From the NCBI RefSeq assembly GCF_037042905.1, contig NC_087251.1:34598001-34662000 (forward strand): a stretch of DNA of 64,000 nucleotides, read 5' to 3'. This DNA comes from Lytechinus pictus (lineage: Eukaryota). The position numbers and the translations under genes were made by a program. This document shows, one piece after another, positions 38,990-64,000 of this stretch; the first letter of the stretch is position 1; every line of letters starts with the position of its first letter. The notes under the pieces were generated by a model, which had not been told where the DNA came from, searched no databases, and saw only the letters and a list, made by a program, of their open reading frames with translations.

Positions 38990-40232
38990 AGTTTGTATTA
39001 TGTTAACAATATTACTTCCGAATCAGAATGCAGCAGATGTGGAGTGCCCCAGGGTTCAATTTTAGGCCCGTTGTTATTTCTTATTTATATGAATGATATA
39101 TACAATGTATCGTGTCATCTTGATTTTATTCAGTTTGCAGATGATATACCAGTGTTTTCATGTCACATACAAACCCACAGTTACTAAACGATAAATTCAA
39201 TCGTGAATTGGTACTTTTAGATAAATGGTTATCTGTAAATAAACTAGTACTTGATATTAAAAAACAAATTACATGATATTTACGAATAAGCATTTAGATA
39301 CTCAATTTCATGTAAATATGGGGAATAAAAAAATCTCATTAGTATCTTCATTAACATTTTTAGGGGTGACAATAGACAACAAATTAACATGGCATGAACA
39401 TATTGGTATCGTCTGTAACAAAGTTTCCAAAGGAGTTGGTATTATCAACAGATTACGATTCTTGCCAAAATTCATATTGATGACTATATACAGTTCAATT
39501 ATTTTACCTTATTTAAACTATTGTAATATAGCCTGGTGTAATTCAAATAGCTCATATATAAACAGACTCTTCCTATTGCAGAAAAAGGTTGTCCGTATCA
39601 TTACAAAGTCCTCTTATCTTGCCCACTCGAAGCCACTTTTTTCAATTACAGATTTTGAATATTTATGATTTAAATCTCTATAATATTGGAATTTTTATGT
39701 ATCTTTGTTGCAGAAATAAAATTCCCATTCAAATTTCAAAATATTTTCAATTCAATTCTGATTTTCACAATTATAATACAAGATCATCCAGCAAATATCA
39801 TTTTCCCCAAACAAGAACAAACAGCTCAAAATTTTCTATTTTCTTTAAAGGTCCAGAAATTTGGAACAATATTGAAGTAATTATAAGAGAAAAACCAACA
39901 TTGAACTCATTCAAAAGGAGATATAGGCACTTTTTGTTACAGCGCGATAAGAGATAGAATTTTCCTGCATGTGTATAAAGTGTAAGAGGGTGCGTGGGTG
40001 TGTGTGTGTGTTTGTCTGAGTATATACATGATTATTGTAAATTATTTACTTAGTGATTTTTTTGCTGTATTACATTGAAATGTATAATTTTATGTTTTAT
40101 GTGTACTTGTTGTTTTGTAAGGGGATAACCTAGATAAGTAATTTTACTTTTGTTATCTCCTCCACTGCATTATAAAATGCTTACTTTGTACACTTTTATT
40201 TCGATTGTGGAAATTCAATAAATTCAATTCAA
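38990..40232 (+). mobile_element. 5'-truncated, frameshifted CR1/L2-clade LINE (RT C-terminus + 3' UTR)
   Basis: GVPQGSILGPLLFLIYMND, QFADD, FLGVTIDNKLTW.EHI, ILPYLNYCNIAW, LQKKVVRII, HNYNTR, FKGPEIWN across three frames. AATAAA plus (AATTC)n tail at about 40211-40232. Confidence 0.9.
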
Positions 40233-40621
40233 AGGTATCTCATAAGGCCAAAATAAATGACGCGAGCGCGAAGCTGAAGGAATTATCATTCACTATTAGG
40301 GCTTCCACCAAACGATTGCCATGTACAAATCGTGATGGAGTTCCATTTTCCGCCCCCCCCCCCCCACCGGTGAAAACGGTGAAAAACAATGCGATAAAGC
40401 ACAATATTGACCAGGTTACTAGTTCCTGAGTGTTCTGCAAACAATAATACAGCAAAGTTCAAAATCTCGAAATGATCGAAGTTCAATAACTATTGTATGC
40501 TATTTCAGGGCACACAAGCACATGTGAACTGTGTCTACATTGCTGAGAACGAATAAATAGTTTAGGGCCTACACAGAAAGTTTTTTAAATTCTTTTCTAC
40601 TTTACTAGGAACGAGCTAAAA

Positions 40622-50193
<9,572 letters not shown>

Positions 50194-50455
50194 GATTGAG
50201 GGAAACATATTGCTGCCAACCTGGGTGTGAAACAATATAGGCCACCGTTTCATCATTGACCAGTTGTCATCACTAATGGACTGTTACGGCGACTACAAGT
50301 TGAAATTAGTAACCAAAATTACCATTAAGAATATATGAGTAGCACCCCTACTGGGCATGCTGGGAGTGGGCATCAAGCTTGAACAAAGAGCTCATTGCTT
50401 AGATAAAAGAAAATTGAATGACTTGAAAGCAACATAACCTTGTGCCCATTGCCAG

Positions 50456-50729
50456 CACTGGCGGATCCAGTGGGGGGGAGGGGGGCACAGCCGGCCCGTG
50501 CCCTCCCCCTTTGAAACTGAAGACCTTTTTTCTTGCTTGTTAATTTTTTTTCTGGAACGAAAACTGCTAAACTTTTGGTAAACATTTTTTTTTTTTTTAA
50601 TTGTTAAATTTTTTGCTGGGACGGAATCTGCTAATTTTTTTGTAAAAAACTTTTTTTTTTGCTTTTCAAATTTTTCCTCTGAAAAAATGTGCCCCCTCCC
50701 CCTTTTGGAAAATCCTGGATCCGCCCCTG
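50456..50729. mobile_element. hAT-like MITE in the probable carboxylesterase 3' UTR
   Basis: CACTGGCGGATCCAG ... CTGGATCCGCCCCTG with perfect 8-bp TSD ATTGCCAG. AATAAA signals follow at about 50751 and 50883. Confidence 0.85.
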
Positions 50730-52116
50730 ATTGCCAGTAATGACAACATTAATAAAATTTCGTCCTGGACTATTTAGAATTTAAATTAAAGACCCACTTG
50801 GACCCACAGATTGACAAATGGAGTTAACTTATGAATATTTTATTCTCTAATTTGCACACACCAGTTGATACTATTTGTATAGAATAAATCTCCATTGACA
50901 AATAAATTTTAATAGAGATGAATAAATAATTCAAATTTATATAAGATTTGTTTTCCCTTTTCTATGACCGAGCTCCTATGGCAGTAGGGTGAATGAAATA
51001 CTAAAAGTGTGGAGAAAAAGTACATGGGACATAAAAGGTGAAGGATTTAACTGGGAAAGAGAATGATTAAAAGAGTAAAGTTGATAATAAATGCGATATT
51101 GGTTGATGGTAAATGCCATTTCAGATTATAGTAAATGCAATATCAGTTGCATGAAAGAAAACAAAAACAAAAAAATAAAGAGTTAGGGTCTGAAACGGCC
51201 TCGTTTCCATATATTGTTTGACTTTACTATTATTAATATGTGTAAGCTCTTGAAATAACCGTCTTGTATTAAGACCGATTAAGACCATACAGCTCTCATG
51301 CGTAAAAACTGAAACTAGGCCTAAAGCAAAGTAACTTCCGAAATTAAGTCTCCATCTTCTACATTTTTGTGAAGAATATTCATCATGTTTCCTCCAAAAT
51401 TGCTTAAAGTACTGTAAAATACTTTAGAATGTGATACTGACCTGACGATTGGCAAAAACAACTTTAAAATTCAAGCAAAATTGGTCAAAATCTGACAAAA
51501 ATTTGGCAGGAGGTTATCAAGATCGCAAAGTTGCATAGAGAATGGGGTTTGTTTACAAAAGTTTGTTATCGGGGCGCTTGAGGGGCACGGTTGTTACCAG
51601 GGCGTGGTCAATCAGATTCGCGCATGGCGCCGCGCTCCTACGTAGCGCTTTTCGTTTATTGGTCATTTTTGTGTTTTTAACGCACAACCACGCCCAGTTA
51701 CGCCAGGTGAAGCGTTGTACGCAGACTGGTGGTGACAATGACATTGTGCTTTTCAAGGTCAATGTTATTGCGCCACCATTGGTTCGGTTTCGTATGAGTT
51801 CAGTAAATGTTACGTCACAATTCATTTGAAGGACTAAACTCTATGCGCATGCCTAATATGAGCTCATCTTCATGATAATATCGATGTTGATGTTCGTACC
51901 ATGCATTCTAAACCAGGGGCCCGTTCCATGATGATAACTACCATGGTAAAAATTCAGAGCTAGCTCAGCATGCATCCAATCGATTATCACAATAGTTATG
52001 GCAAAGTTACTAAAACCGTGAGTAAAACGGGTTTCATGGGACAATCCCCGGGACAATCTTACAAAGAGATGTGATAGATTCAAATCACTTCCATAATGAG
52101 ATTGATCTCCGTTTAA

Positions 52117-52495
52117 AGGTATTGTTTAACTTTGTGAGCAGCTGATTTAAAAAATTCTCAAACCAAGATGAAGCATGTGTACAAGTGCATGTATTAGAAC
52201 TAATAAACCCTGAAAACAACCATTATTGAGAATGAAAAGCTTAAAACTACAAGGCAAACCCCGATTTTGTAAATAGGCGTCTTATAGACGCCTAAATAGT
52301 ACACATAAGTGTATGGGATGAAATTAAGATGGTGTTTTCGGTCACTTTATATTTCAATTTTTGAAGCCCTAAATAATTATTTTCGAACGCAATTTTTTCT
52401 GGGCTTCATTTTTGTAACATATCACAGACACAGGTGACAAGTGTGACCTTCTAGCTCAGATTTTTTTAAAGTCAAACCAATGTTAACCAATCACT
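52117..52495. mobile_element. Kolobok-like MITE with short imperfect TIRs
   Basis: TTAA|AGGTATTGTTTAACTTTG ... CAATGTTAACCAATCACT|TTAA. Confidence 0.6.
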
Positions 52496-52989
52496 TTAAA
52501 TTTGTGTAGGCCTAAATAATAATAGGAATTAATGAACCTGCTCACTAACATCAAAACTTTATAAACCTACATGAAAGTTGTTCTTAACAACCTGAAATAT
52601 TAGGGAGTTTTTGCAACAACTATACGCAGACGCTTTCTGGAACGTAGATAATCTATTGTCAAAAGCCCGGTTCATGACAAAGCAGTCTTTGTCGAAAAAC
52701 GGTGAATCAAACAGAACTTTCGTCCGTGACTCTGGACAAACGACATAATTTGCAATTTTTCGTCAGCTCCGAATCTTCGGGCGATCTGCTGTCCCGATTC
52801 ACCGATTTTCGACAAAGACCTCTCAGTTGTTCATTTTCAATGCATTTATTGTGTTTTAGATTCCGTCCCCATTGCAAATGCAAAAGCGCGCTATTAACAG
52901 GAAATAAGTGCAAACGGGATTTTACGTGATTTATCTCTTAAAGATTCCTTTTTCCAAGAATAGAAACATCTACTGATCACATAATAAAC

Positions 52990-53245
52990 AGGGCCCTGTC
53001 TTACAAAGTGTTACGATTTATCCAATCAATCTCAATTATATGGAAATCCATCCATACCATAATTTTTTCTCCAAGAAATCTCCTTAGCAAACAAAGATAA
53101 TCGCACTGAAGCTTCAAGATAACGATGAATGTATGATTATACATTATATCTAGAAAAAGTTTTGAATACATTTGCATTTTAGATGTTGACATTTCTGGCT
53201 TTCCATAGTTGCGATTGATCGTAACTCTTTGTTAGACGGGGCCCA
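52990..53245. mobile_element. Harbinger-like MITE (sister of 8601-8830)
   Basis: CAGGGCCCTGTCTTACAAAG / CTTTGTTAGACGGGGCCCAG. Confidence 0.7.
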
Positions 53246-55405
53246 GACCTATACTCATGGTGGGTGGGTGGGGGCACGGGACCAAGAGAAGAAAGAGAAA
53301 CGTCGTGAGAAAAGGAAAAGGGAATACTAGCATTATTTCACAATCTGAAGAAACATAATCCTTTGGGCCTATTCATTCCTCACTTTGTTCCTATCCCCCT
53401 TTAAGTGCTCATTCAGTATACGACATAGCAATATTGCACCTCATGTTCACAGAATTTCATTTAGGGGTATATTTCGATGAACATACGCACAAGTTCGTTC
53501 CACAAGGGCGATTCCAGCTCAAAACTATATACAAAGTAACCGAGTGTTCACACTTTCTACACGTGTAGAAGATTGTTATACTATCCTAAAAGAGACAAGG
53601 GAAACTCAGTGTAGTGTGGGAGCAGCACTACAGGGGAGGAGGGGGGGGGGGGGGGCAGGGGACAACAGCCCCTCTTATTTTTCAAGTAGTAAAAGTAGCA
53701 TGGTGAAAATTTAAAATAAAAAAGAGTAAAAAAGCAATTCTGGCCTACAATGAAAACAAAATCAATTGACAGATTTAAAGTATAATTTGCACACTGAAAA
53801 ACTCCCTGGACTAAACAATAAACCAACGACAAAACTAAGCTACTGATTTGTTTTTGGCGGAACAGTTGACTTTCTTAAAAGCTACAGTAGGGTAGATCTA
53901 CACTAGTAAGAAATCTTAAGTAAAATGGATATCATTTAAAGCTTTTTGAAGTAATAGATAGACTTTTTTAAAGTTGCATATTTACTCTGAAATTCATTCT
54001 CGAGAGTCACTGACTCTTGGGTCAAAATGGGTTTTTTAAAACTTGCATGGATTAACTTTTGATTTCATATGGAAAGAAAAGGAACATTTATAGAAATACA
54101 ATATTCTTTGACAATAACAGGAGAGGGGGGTAAATATGTGAAATTTTTCTGCTAGTTAGTTAATTCACAGCGTATTATATACAGTAGATTCACATTATTC
54201 ACTATATGTTACGAACTCCAATCTCCCCAAAACAACAATACATTACATTGTTATATATAAAACAATTTATAGAATACCAAGACACTTGCTCGTTTTGTAA
54301 TTTTAATGATATTTTATTTTTCATTGAAATTCCTCTATACTATAATGTAAACGGATTATTGACGATGCATATAAAAAAGTCATTAAATACAATTCGAAGA
54401 TGTGAATATATAAAAGAGATGAATTAAAGAAAAACAATAAAGTCCATATAGATCATACTATGTGAAGTAAATAAATACTGTCTAGAAAACGGTTTTGATA
54501 TTTCAATGATTTTATGGCTAATTCACTTAAAATCATGGCCATATACAGAAATTGTTCCCTACAAAATCATTTTCGAAGACATGGAAAGCGAGAGGGCAAA
54601 GTGACTGACCTTAGATACCACAAAGGCATTCTTTTAACTGAAATAGGAAAATAAGGGATGTACGTTTTCTGTAATTTGGTTTGAAAAAATACAATAAGAA
54701 ATGTAGGTGTCAAAATTTCTTGGAGGCCTACATTGCTCTCCTTTTGTCCCCTGCTTCTCTTGGCTATGCTTTTTAAATGAGTGTACATTGCACATATAAC
54801 AAACAAATAAAATCATTGTAATTGCATGCAGTTTCTATTCATTGTCTGATTATTTATAAATAAATGGAAAAATACTCACTTTACTTTGTTGATTAATCAA
54901 TTATGAATAAGAACCTTAATTATCACTATAAACAGTGATAAAAAATGATTATATATGATATTAAATGGATGTTACACATTAAATACACATAGGTGGCGAC
55001 TGTAGATACAAGATTTTGTTGACAGTATATTTCACAAATTATGTGAGAGAGCAACACTAATACAATGTAAAAAAAATAGTTGAAATTACACAATAAAACT
55101 GTGGAAAAAATTGCCTTAATTTTTCAAGTATTTACGACTTTGTCAGTTTTAAGTAAAGTTTTCTTATTTTCTTTGCATCCATTTTACTCAAGTAAATTAT
55201 GTTATAACATCTTAATTCATTTAAGTAAAACAATCACTGAAATATTAAAAAAAAAATCAAATGGGGGAGTGGACTTTCGTGATTCGAAAGTCCGCTCCCC
55301 CATCGTCCCACTTTCAGTGGCATCATTTTCATCTTAGACTTCTTTTATCCAAATATTAGACTTCATGCATTGTCACTTACCTGTACATGAGCTAGGTACT
55401 GACAT

Positions 55406-58037
<2,632 letters not shown>

Positions 58038-58470
58038 AGTCTGACATTGATATGTATACGTGATCATTTCATTCTAACAGATAAAACAGTGATGAAAAAA
58101 TGATTATATATGATATTAAATGGATACTAACATTTTCCAAAAACCTAAAAAGAAATCTGAAATTTTCTAATAAGTGACTATTTAATGTTGCTCTTTCTTT
58201 GATTGAAAAAAAAAAATAAAATAATTTGCACACCCTAATCCAAAACAATTTCAAACACAAATAGATTTGACAGTTATTTGAAATTTTATAACATGTACTT
58301 GCTCTTAATGAATATTCATGTACTATTTAAATAAGGCGTTAACTGAAAAATGTAAGTACATTTAACATGATTTTATAAGTAATAATTATATTTACCGAAT
58401 TTACCGAATTCTTGCCCGGCCCCATGCACGCCTGACTACAAACCACCACTGAATGAATCCTTGTGATGTA

Positions 58471-61373
58471 TCATGGATCTGGACAAGAGTCACCGCTGCA
58501 GGTACCACTACCGTGACCAGCTACTTGGTCGGCTAACATTGTCTTCAGCTTAGAAAGCTCATCTGAAAACAGAAATGAATAAAAATATTTTCATTAAATG
58601 AAACTACATGAGAGGAAGAATCAGAAAGAACAGGACTGTTTGTAGGAATTCGTAAACAGGATACGTATCCAGAAATTCTGCAAGCAATTCCTTTTTCAAG
58701 TCAGCACATCAACAATTCCAGTTTGCGCTTCGCGCTCGCATTATTTGTTTCATTATGTATACTGTTCAAGACCACAAAAAGTGATTGGAATATCCCGTTT
58801 TAGGTCTTAATGTGTAAAGGTTCGCTAATTGTGTTTACTACTTCCTACAAACAGTCCTTAAAATCTCCCTTTTCAGGGCAGCATATCGGAAAATTCGCGC
58901 TCGCATTATTGGTTTAGTGAGATTCGTATCATATTTATTCATTCCTACACTGTAAAAAAAAATCTTTGAATCAGTAGTTAACACTTAATGTATTTAAGTA
59001 GAATTTACAATTTGTAATTATTTTTCGTTGTTTTTAAGTAGTTTCAACTTGTCTTTTAATTTACTTGATTTACTTGATTTATTTGGGTTCAATATACATT
59101 TAAGAAAATTCACGTATTGATAGCTTGCTTTGATTGAGTAAATCTAACTCAATTAGGCAAAGATGATTGTTACTTATAAAATCATGTTGAATGTACTTAT
59201 ATTTTTCAATTAACGCCATATTTAAATAATGCATGAATATTCATTAGAGCAAGTAAATGTTGTTTTTTTTAATAACTGTCATATCTATTTGTGTTTGAAA
59301 TTGTTTTGGATAAGGGTGTGCTAACTATTGTATTCTTTTGTTGAATCAATGAAAAGGCAATATTAAATAGTCATTTAGCAGAAAATTATTCTCACTGTTT
59401 TATTTGTAAGAATGAAACGATCGCGTATAAATATAAATGTCAGTACCTATACATGTACAGGTAAGTGACAATTCACAAAGTCTAATATTTGGATAAAACA
59501 TGTCTAAAATGAAAATGCTGCCACCAAAAGTGGGACGATGGGGGAGCGGACTTTCGAATCACGAAAGTCCACTCCCCCATTTGATATTTTCAAATATTTT
59601 GTTGATTGTTTTACTTAATTGAATTAAGTTATTGTAACTTAATTTTCTTGAGTAAAATGGAAGCAAAGAAAATAAGTAAATTTTACTTAAAACTGCCAAA
59701 GTCATAAATACTTGAAAAAATTAAGGCAATTTTTTGCCACAATTTTATTAAGTAATTTCTACTAATTTTTTTTTACAGTGTAGTCATTAAAACGTCCCTT
59801 TTTAATGTCAGTATCATTACTAACCAAAAAAAAAAATCAAGCATTCTTCACACTCGCATTTTTTTATTTTTAAAAGTGCTCAGAATATCCCGTTATCACG
59901 CCAGATTATAAAATAATTAGCTCGCATTTCGCACTTCCATTATCTATTCAGGCATAATGAAATACCCACCGTTGTTGGTAAATGATATTCACAATTAATA
60001 CAACTTCACATCTTTGGGACTATGCCCATCCCCCCAAAAAAAAAATATGAGTAGGTGAATTAATAAATTAAATAAGATAAAAAAATTATAAATTAAAATA
60101 AATCCCTTTTAAAATCTTCGAGCAAACTGATCCAGGGATATTGTATAGATGAGTCGCCCAAAATGGACAATGCTGGATCTTCCCGTGTAAAGCATAGGTT
60201 GGAAAACTGTAGCGACATTCAAACATTGAAACTTAAAAAAAAGTGCACCCCTGGCTTGAAACCAGTTATCAGGAAAACAATTATAATTCGGATAAAAACA
60301 CTCACGTGATTGGGCTACCATCTTGGGTAAAATACTGGTCCAAAAGTGACACTTCTTGGCATTCAACGAACCTTCTCTCGTTGGGAATCCAGATTCTAAT
60401 TCCTTATAGTATGGATGTTCATGTGTAAATGGTTGCCACTCTTCAAGACCAAGCGGATTGTTGACAACCTCAGGATCTAGAGATGATAAATTGGGATTCC
60501 TGGAAGGGGGTTGGGGGTAAAATCAGATATCATTCAAGAATCGGAAAAACATCATAAATGGCTTTATAACAGCCTCCAACGAAACAATATGGCATTACGA
60601 GAACGGCGCGACGGTCTCATTATTTTATTGTTCTATTTATCTTTTATTATTTTATTTTATTTTATTTTTTATTATTATTATCATAATTTTTTTTTTTTTT
60701 TTTTTTTCATGGGGGGGGGGGATTAGGCAAACACTTATGCGTGCTCACCTGTTAAGATTGTTGTTCAAAATGGAATAATGTCTAATTTTACAACGGGTTA
60801 CGAAAGTGGATGTAACCACAACAATCTTTCTTTTTCAAAGATTTATTTCAAATTGATTTAATGCTTACATCATTTATAGAAAGCTCTTCTAGAAAATGAA
60901 CATTTTTATCTGTAAAGAATTTTCTTTACCCCGTTTTGGCGTAGTTTGACCAGTATCTCATGAACTGTTTTGACAAGCCGGCCTCCTCGGCCCCATTGAA
61001 GAATCCGGACATGCCCTTGGGTCCTTCTTCTCTGTCACGCAGTAGAGGACTACCAAAGACATAAGGGATGTCCTCTATATGAGTTGCTCCTGCCCATTTC
61101 AGAGGACCAACGGCTGAGTGTGAGGGTATGTGTGTCATGACATAGCGGTAGGCAGTTATATTCGTTTGTGAAATCAGATCTGAGAACGAAACGACGGAGC
61201 AGCTGATAAGGGTAGATAAAGCGTCTGTCAGCTCCTTAAAGTAGTTGGTTTTTCTCCCTGTCAACTTTGAAAATGAAAAGAAAGGTTGTGCAGGGGCGTC
61301 GATCCATTTTTCAGATTGGGGGGGGCAAAATCATAAACGTTCCAAAGGCGCTCGATCGTACAAAACACCCACC

Positions 61374-61406
<33 letters not shown>

Positions 61407-63161
61407 GACTCATGAGACACAGACACGCATCTCACTACACAGATAGTACGAGTGCCGAGAGTGAGCTCAAATTTCTTTATATTCTGAGCTGAAAACTTGA
61501 TATTCTAAGCATTTTTGGTACCAATGATTAAGATTTGTATCTAAAAGAAGAATAGATGCGAGCGCGAGCTGAAAATGTTGACATTTCGATCTGAAAAAAT
61601 GAGTTTACTGGACGTTTTTGATAAAGAACAAGCTGTATATCCAAGAAAAGATTATTGCAAATTGAAGCAGTTCTTTTGAGGCTTATTTACCAATTTAATC
61701 ATGAAAAGTATGGGTTTTTGCTACAGAAATGATGCGAGCGCGAAGCGCGAGCTGAAAATTTTTATATTCCAATCTGAAAAGCGGACATTTTGAGCACGAT
61801 TTTAAATAAAGAACGAGTTGTGTATCTCAATCTCGCTTGCTGAACATTACAATCTTGTTTTTTTAATGCATATCCGGAATTATTGGGGGGGGGGCAAAAT
61901 GATATGTTTGCCCCCCCAATATTTTTATTGGTGGGGCGATCGCCCCCCCCCCCCTGCCCCCCAGGATCGACGCCTCTGGTTGTTAGTATTACACATGTGT
62001 TACACCGTTTCTCGTGTGTAAGTATAATGAAACGATTTGAAACCTCCACATATTTCTGAATATTTTTTCATCGTTGAAATTGACCTATAAGATATTGCTT
62101 TTGTTAGATTCTAACCCCATTATTCCACAGCTAGCACTACCCTTGAAGGACCACCGAAAAATATTTCAGCAGTCAGTAAGATCAGCGAAGTTTGTGGTAT
62201 CTATGGAATGGCTCTGAAAACTCCCGAGAGACAACAACTTCTCCTGCAAAATCGCATTAGGACCTTGAAGAGTCTGAGCTGAAAGTTTGCCAAGACACCA
62301 GTAATATATTGGAAGATCACTAAAAAAAAGTATTATACTGCCAGATATCTTTGAAAGATCTCAAGATCTCCAAAGGACCAAACGAGACCACTGTAAAAAA
62401 CTATGAGAGATCAAGACCGCCAAGAAAATTCTGAAAGACTTACCAATAGGCCTACTTGTTATCTAGCTGAGCTTACTAAAGTGGTACAATAATCTTTCGG
62501 TGGTCTTCCCTTCCAATGGTTGTTTATAGATCTTTTTATGTATCAAATAATCTTTCGGCGATCTCTTTCATTGATCTTTATATGAATTCTCAGAAGCCTT
62601 TAATGATCTCCGCAAAAAGTTTGGACTTTCGATAGATTATCAAAAACTAACGGGACGCTTCAGAGTTTTGACAACTAAAATACGTACAAAGTCCATTTTC
62701 CTGAAATACCACAGAAAGATTGTCTTAAAAGATTTCTAAGTGTTTGATCATAAGGAAACTACCGGAAGGAATCGTGTAAGACCTCGAAGATCTTCGAAAG
62801 ATCAAGCAACTTTCAGGGGTCTTTCAGCGGTCTTTTCTCTATAACTGAGACATCTCAAAATACCTACATGTTCCGAGTCGGAGTGAACAAATGCAATCAT
62901 ATCTTGAATGAACGGGTCGTCGATCTTGAAATACGAAGCAAGTAGGTTGTTCAGTTCCTCGAGAGTTATGACAGGAGGCGGAGTATCCTCGTTCGTAGCG
63001 ATACCGATGAACAGAAAGAAGCAGATCCCTTCGTTGAACATGTCCCCATAGAGGACATCATCAACATTGAGATGTCCCTTTTTCATCAGATTTAGCGGTG
63101 TGTCATGTAAAAAGTGGCCATCAAAAACTGAGAAGAGCCGTACATGACCTTCCTCTGGAAA
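58471..63161 (-). CDS. Carboxylesterase paralog, last four exons, convergent with the plus-strand copy; 5' exons presumably beyond the right edge
   Basis: Exons 63161-62868, 61264-60930, 60499-60306, 58562-58471. Lengths 294/335/194/92 nt are identical to exons 6-9 of the plus copy. Motifs: DGHFL, NEG, GATHIEDIPYVFG, YWSNYAKTGNPN; ends TCSGDSCPDP*. Confidence 0.9.
58948..59780. mobile_element. EnSpm/CACTA-like non-autonomous element in the last intron of the paralog
   Basis: TA|CACTGTAAAAAAAA ... TTTTTTTTACAGTG|TA; an inverted sister copy lies at 55063-58385. Confidence 0.8.
61291..61978. mobile_element. hAT-like element with internal GCGCGAAGCGC tandem units
   Basis: CAGGGGCGTCGATCC ... 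GGATCGACGCCTCTG, poly-G/poly-C subterminal tracts; the TSD is imperfect. Confidence 0.7.
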
Positions 63162-64000
63162 CTATACGACAAAAATCATGGTTTAAATCAGCTTATTACA
63201 TTTTTAGTTAAAGAAATATGAACATTTTCTCTACGAAAATAACAGTAAAAATATTGATCGTTTAAAATAAACTTGTTGAAACTCTTGTAAAAATGACATG
63301 AATTCAATGTAGTTTTTACGGCAAGGGCCGGGAATGATTGTTAAAGAGAGGATGCTAGTTTCTTAACAAGCCCCTCACCCCCCCCCCCAAAAAAAAAAAG
63401 AGGGGGGGGGGGTTCTCTCCAAAATGAAGGTAATTTTGGTTAGAAAAAAAAATGACAAGCAGACTCCCCTCCAAAAAGTTTTTCTCTCCAAAATGAAGAT
63501 TCGGGTCAAATCCTTACAGCACATGGGATGCTGGCTATATGGTGTGACAGCATATGCAGAGCTCCCCCAGAAAAATCTTGGGGGCGCTTCCGCACCCCTG
63601 CTTCCCAGGGTCATGGTCTACGGTACAATGGACACCCTTGTCTTAATTTCAAGACGAAACAGTGGTATACCCACCCTATATGGTACATATTTTCTACAAC
63701 TATATCATGCAGTAATAACGTGGTGTTACAGTGGGTATAATCTTGGTGCAGTATATGGTGATCAAAGACAGTTTTCCTACTAAATAATGTGCATCAAAGC
63801 TTTCAGGACTTGTTTCCTCCTCTTTAAAAAGAATATGAGTCCTAGACTAAACAATGTCACCGGAAACAGATCCAGAGAAGTTTCATAAAGTCGTTCGTAA
63901 ATTCGTTTGTACCCTACGAACAGCTTTATGATACTTACATTTGTACTTAATACAAAAAAGGATAATCCAATGACAACTATATGACACTTGAACATACCGA

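Overview
AT-rich, intron-containing animal genomic DNA. The SINE, MITE and HINE repertoire and the proteins suggest a marine invertebrate, probably a sea urchin-like deuterostome (inference). Four spliced genes were reconstructed by hand with consistent GT-AG phases: (1) the 5' end of HECTD1 (minus strand, runs off the left edge, about 14 kb intron); (2) a complete FAM161A-like ciliary gene (minus, 5 exons, 795 aa); (3) a complete type-B carboxylesterase with a signal peptide (plus, 9 exons, 600 aa); (4) the last four exons of a convergent carboxylesterase paralog (minus). The rest is dense with non-autonomous DNA transposons (Kolobok-, Tc1/pogo-, hAT-, EnSpm- and Harbinger-like), Helentron-type tandem-repeat elements, tRNA SINEs, a CR1/L2 LINE fragment and simple repeats. 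Two signals stand out. First, the HECTD1 intron is saturated with TA-flanked palindromes (TACATGTA, TAGGCCTA, TACCG(G)TA), and paired repeat copies show these are insertions at TA, i.e. probable stacked transposon excision footprints. Second, the two carboxylesterases share a roughly 92% identical tract that crosses an exon junction while the intron between is diverged, suggesting gene conversion. No prokaryotic-type system (CRISPR etc.) is present.
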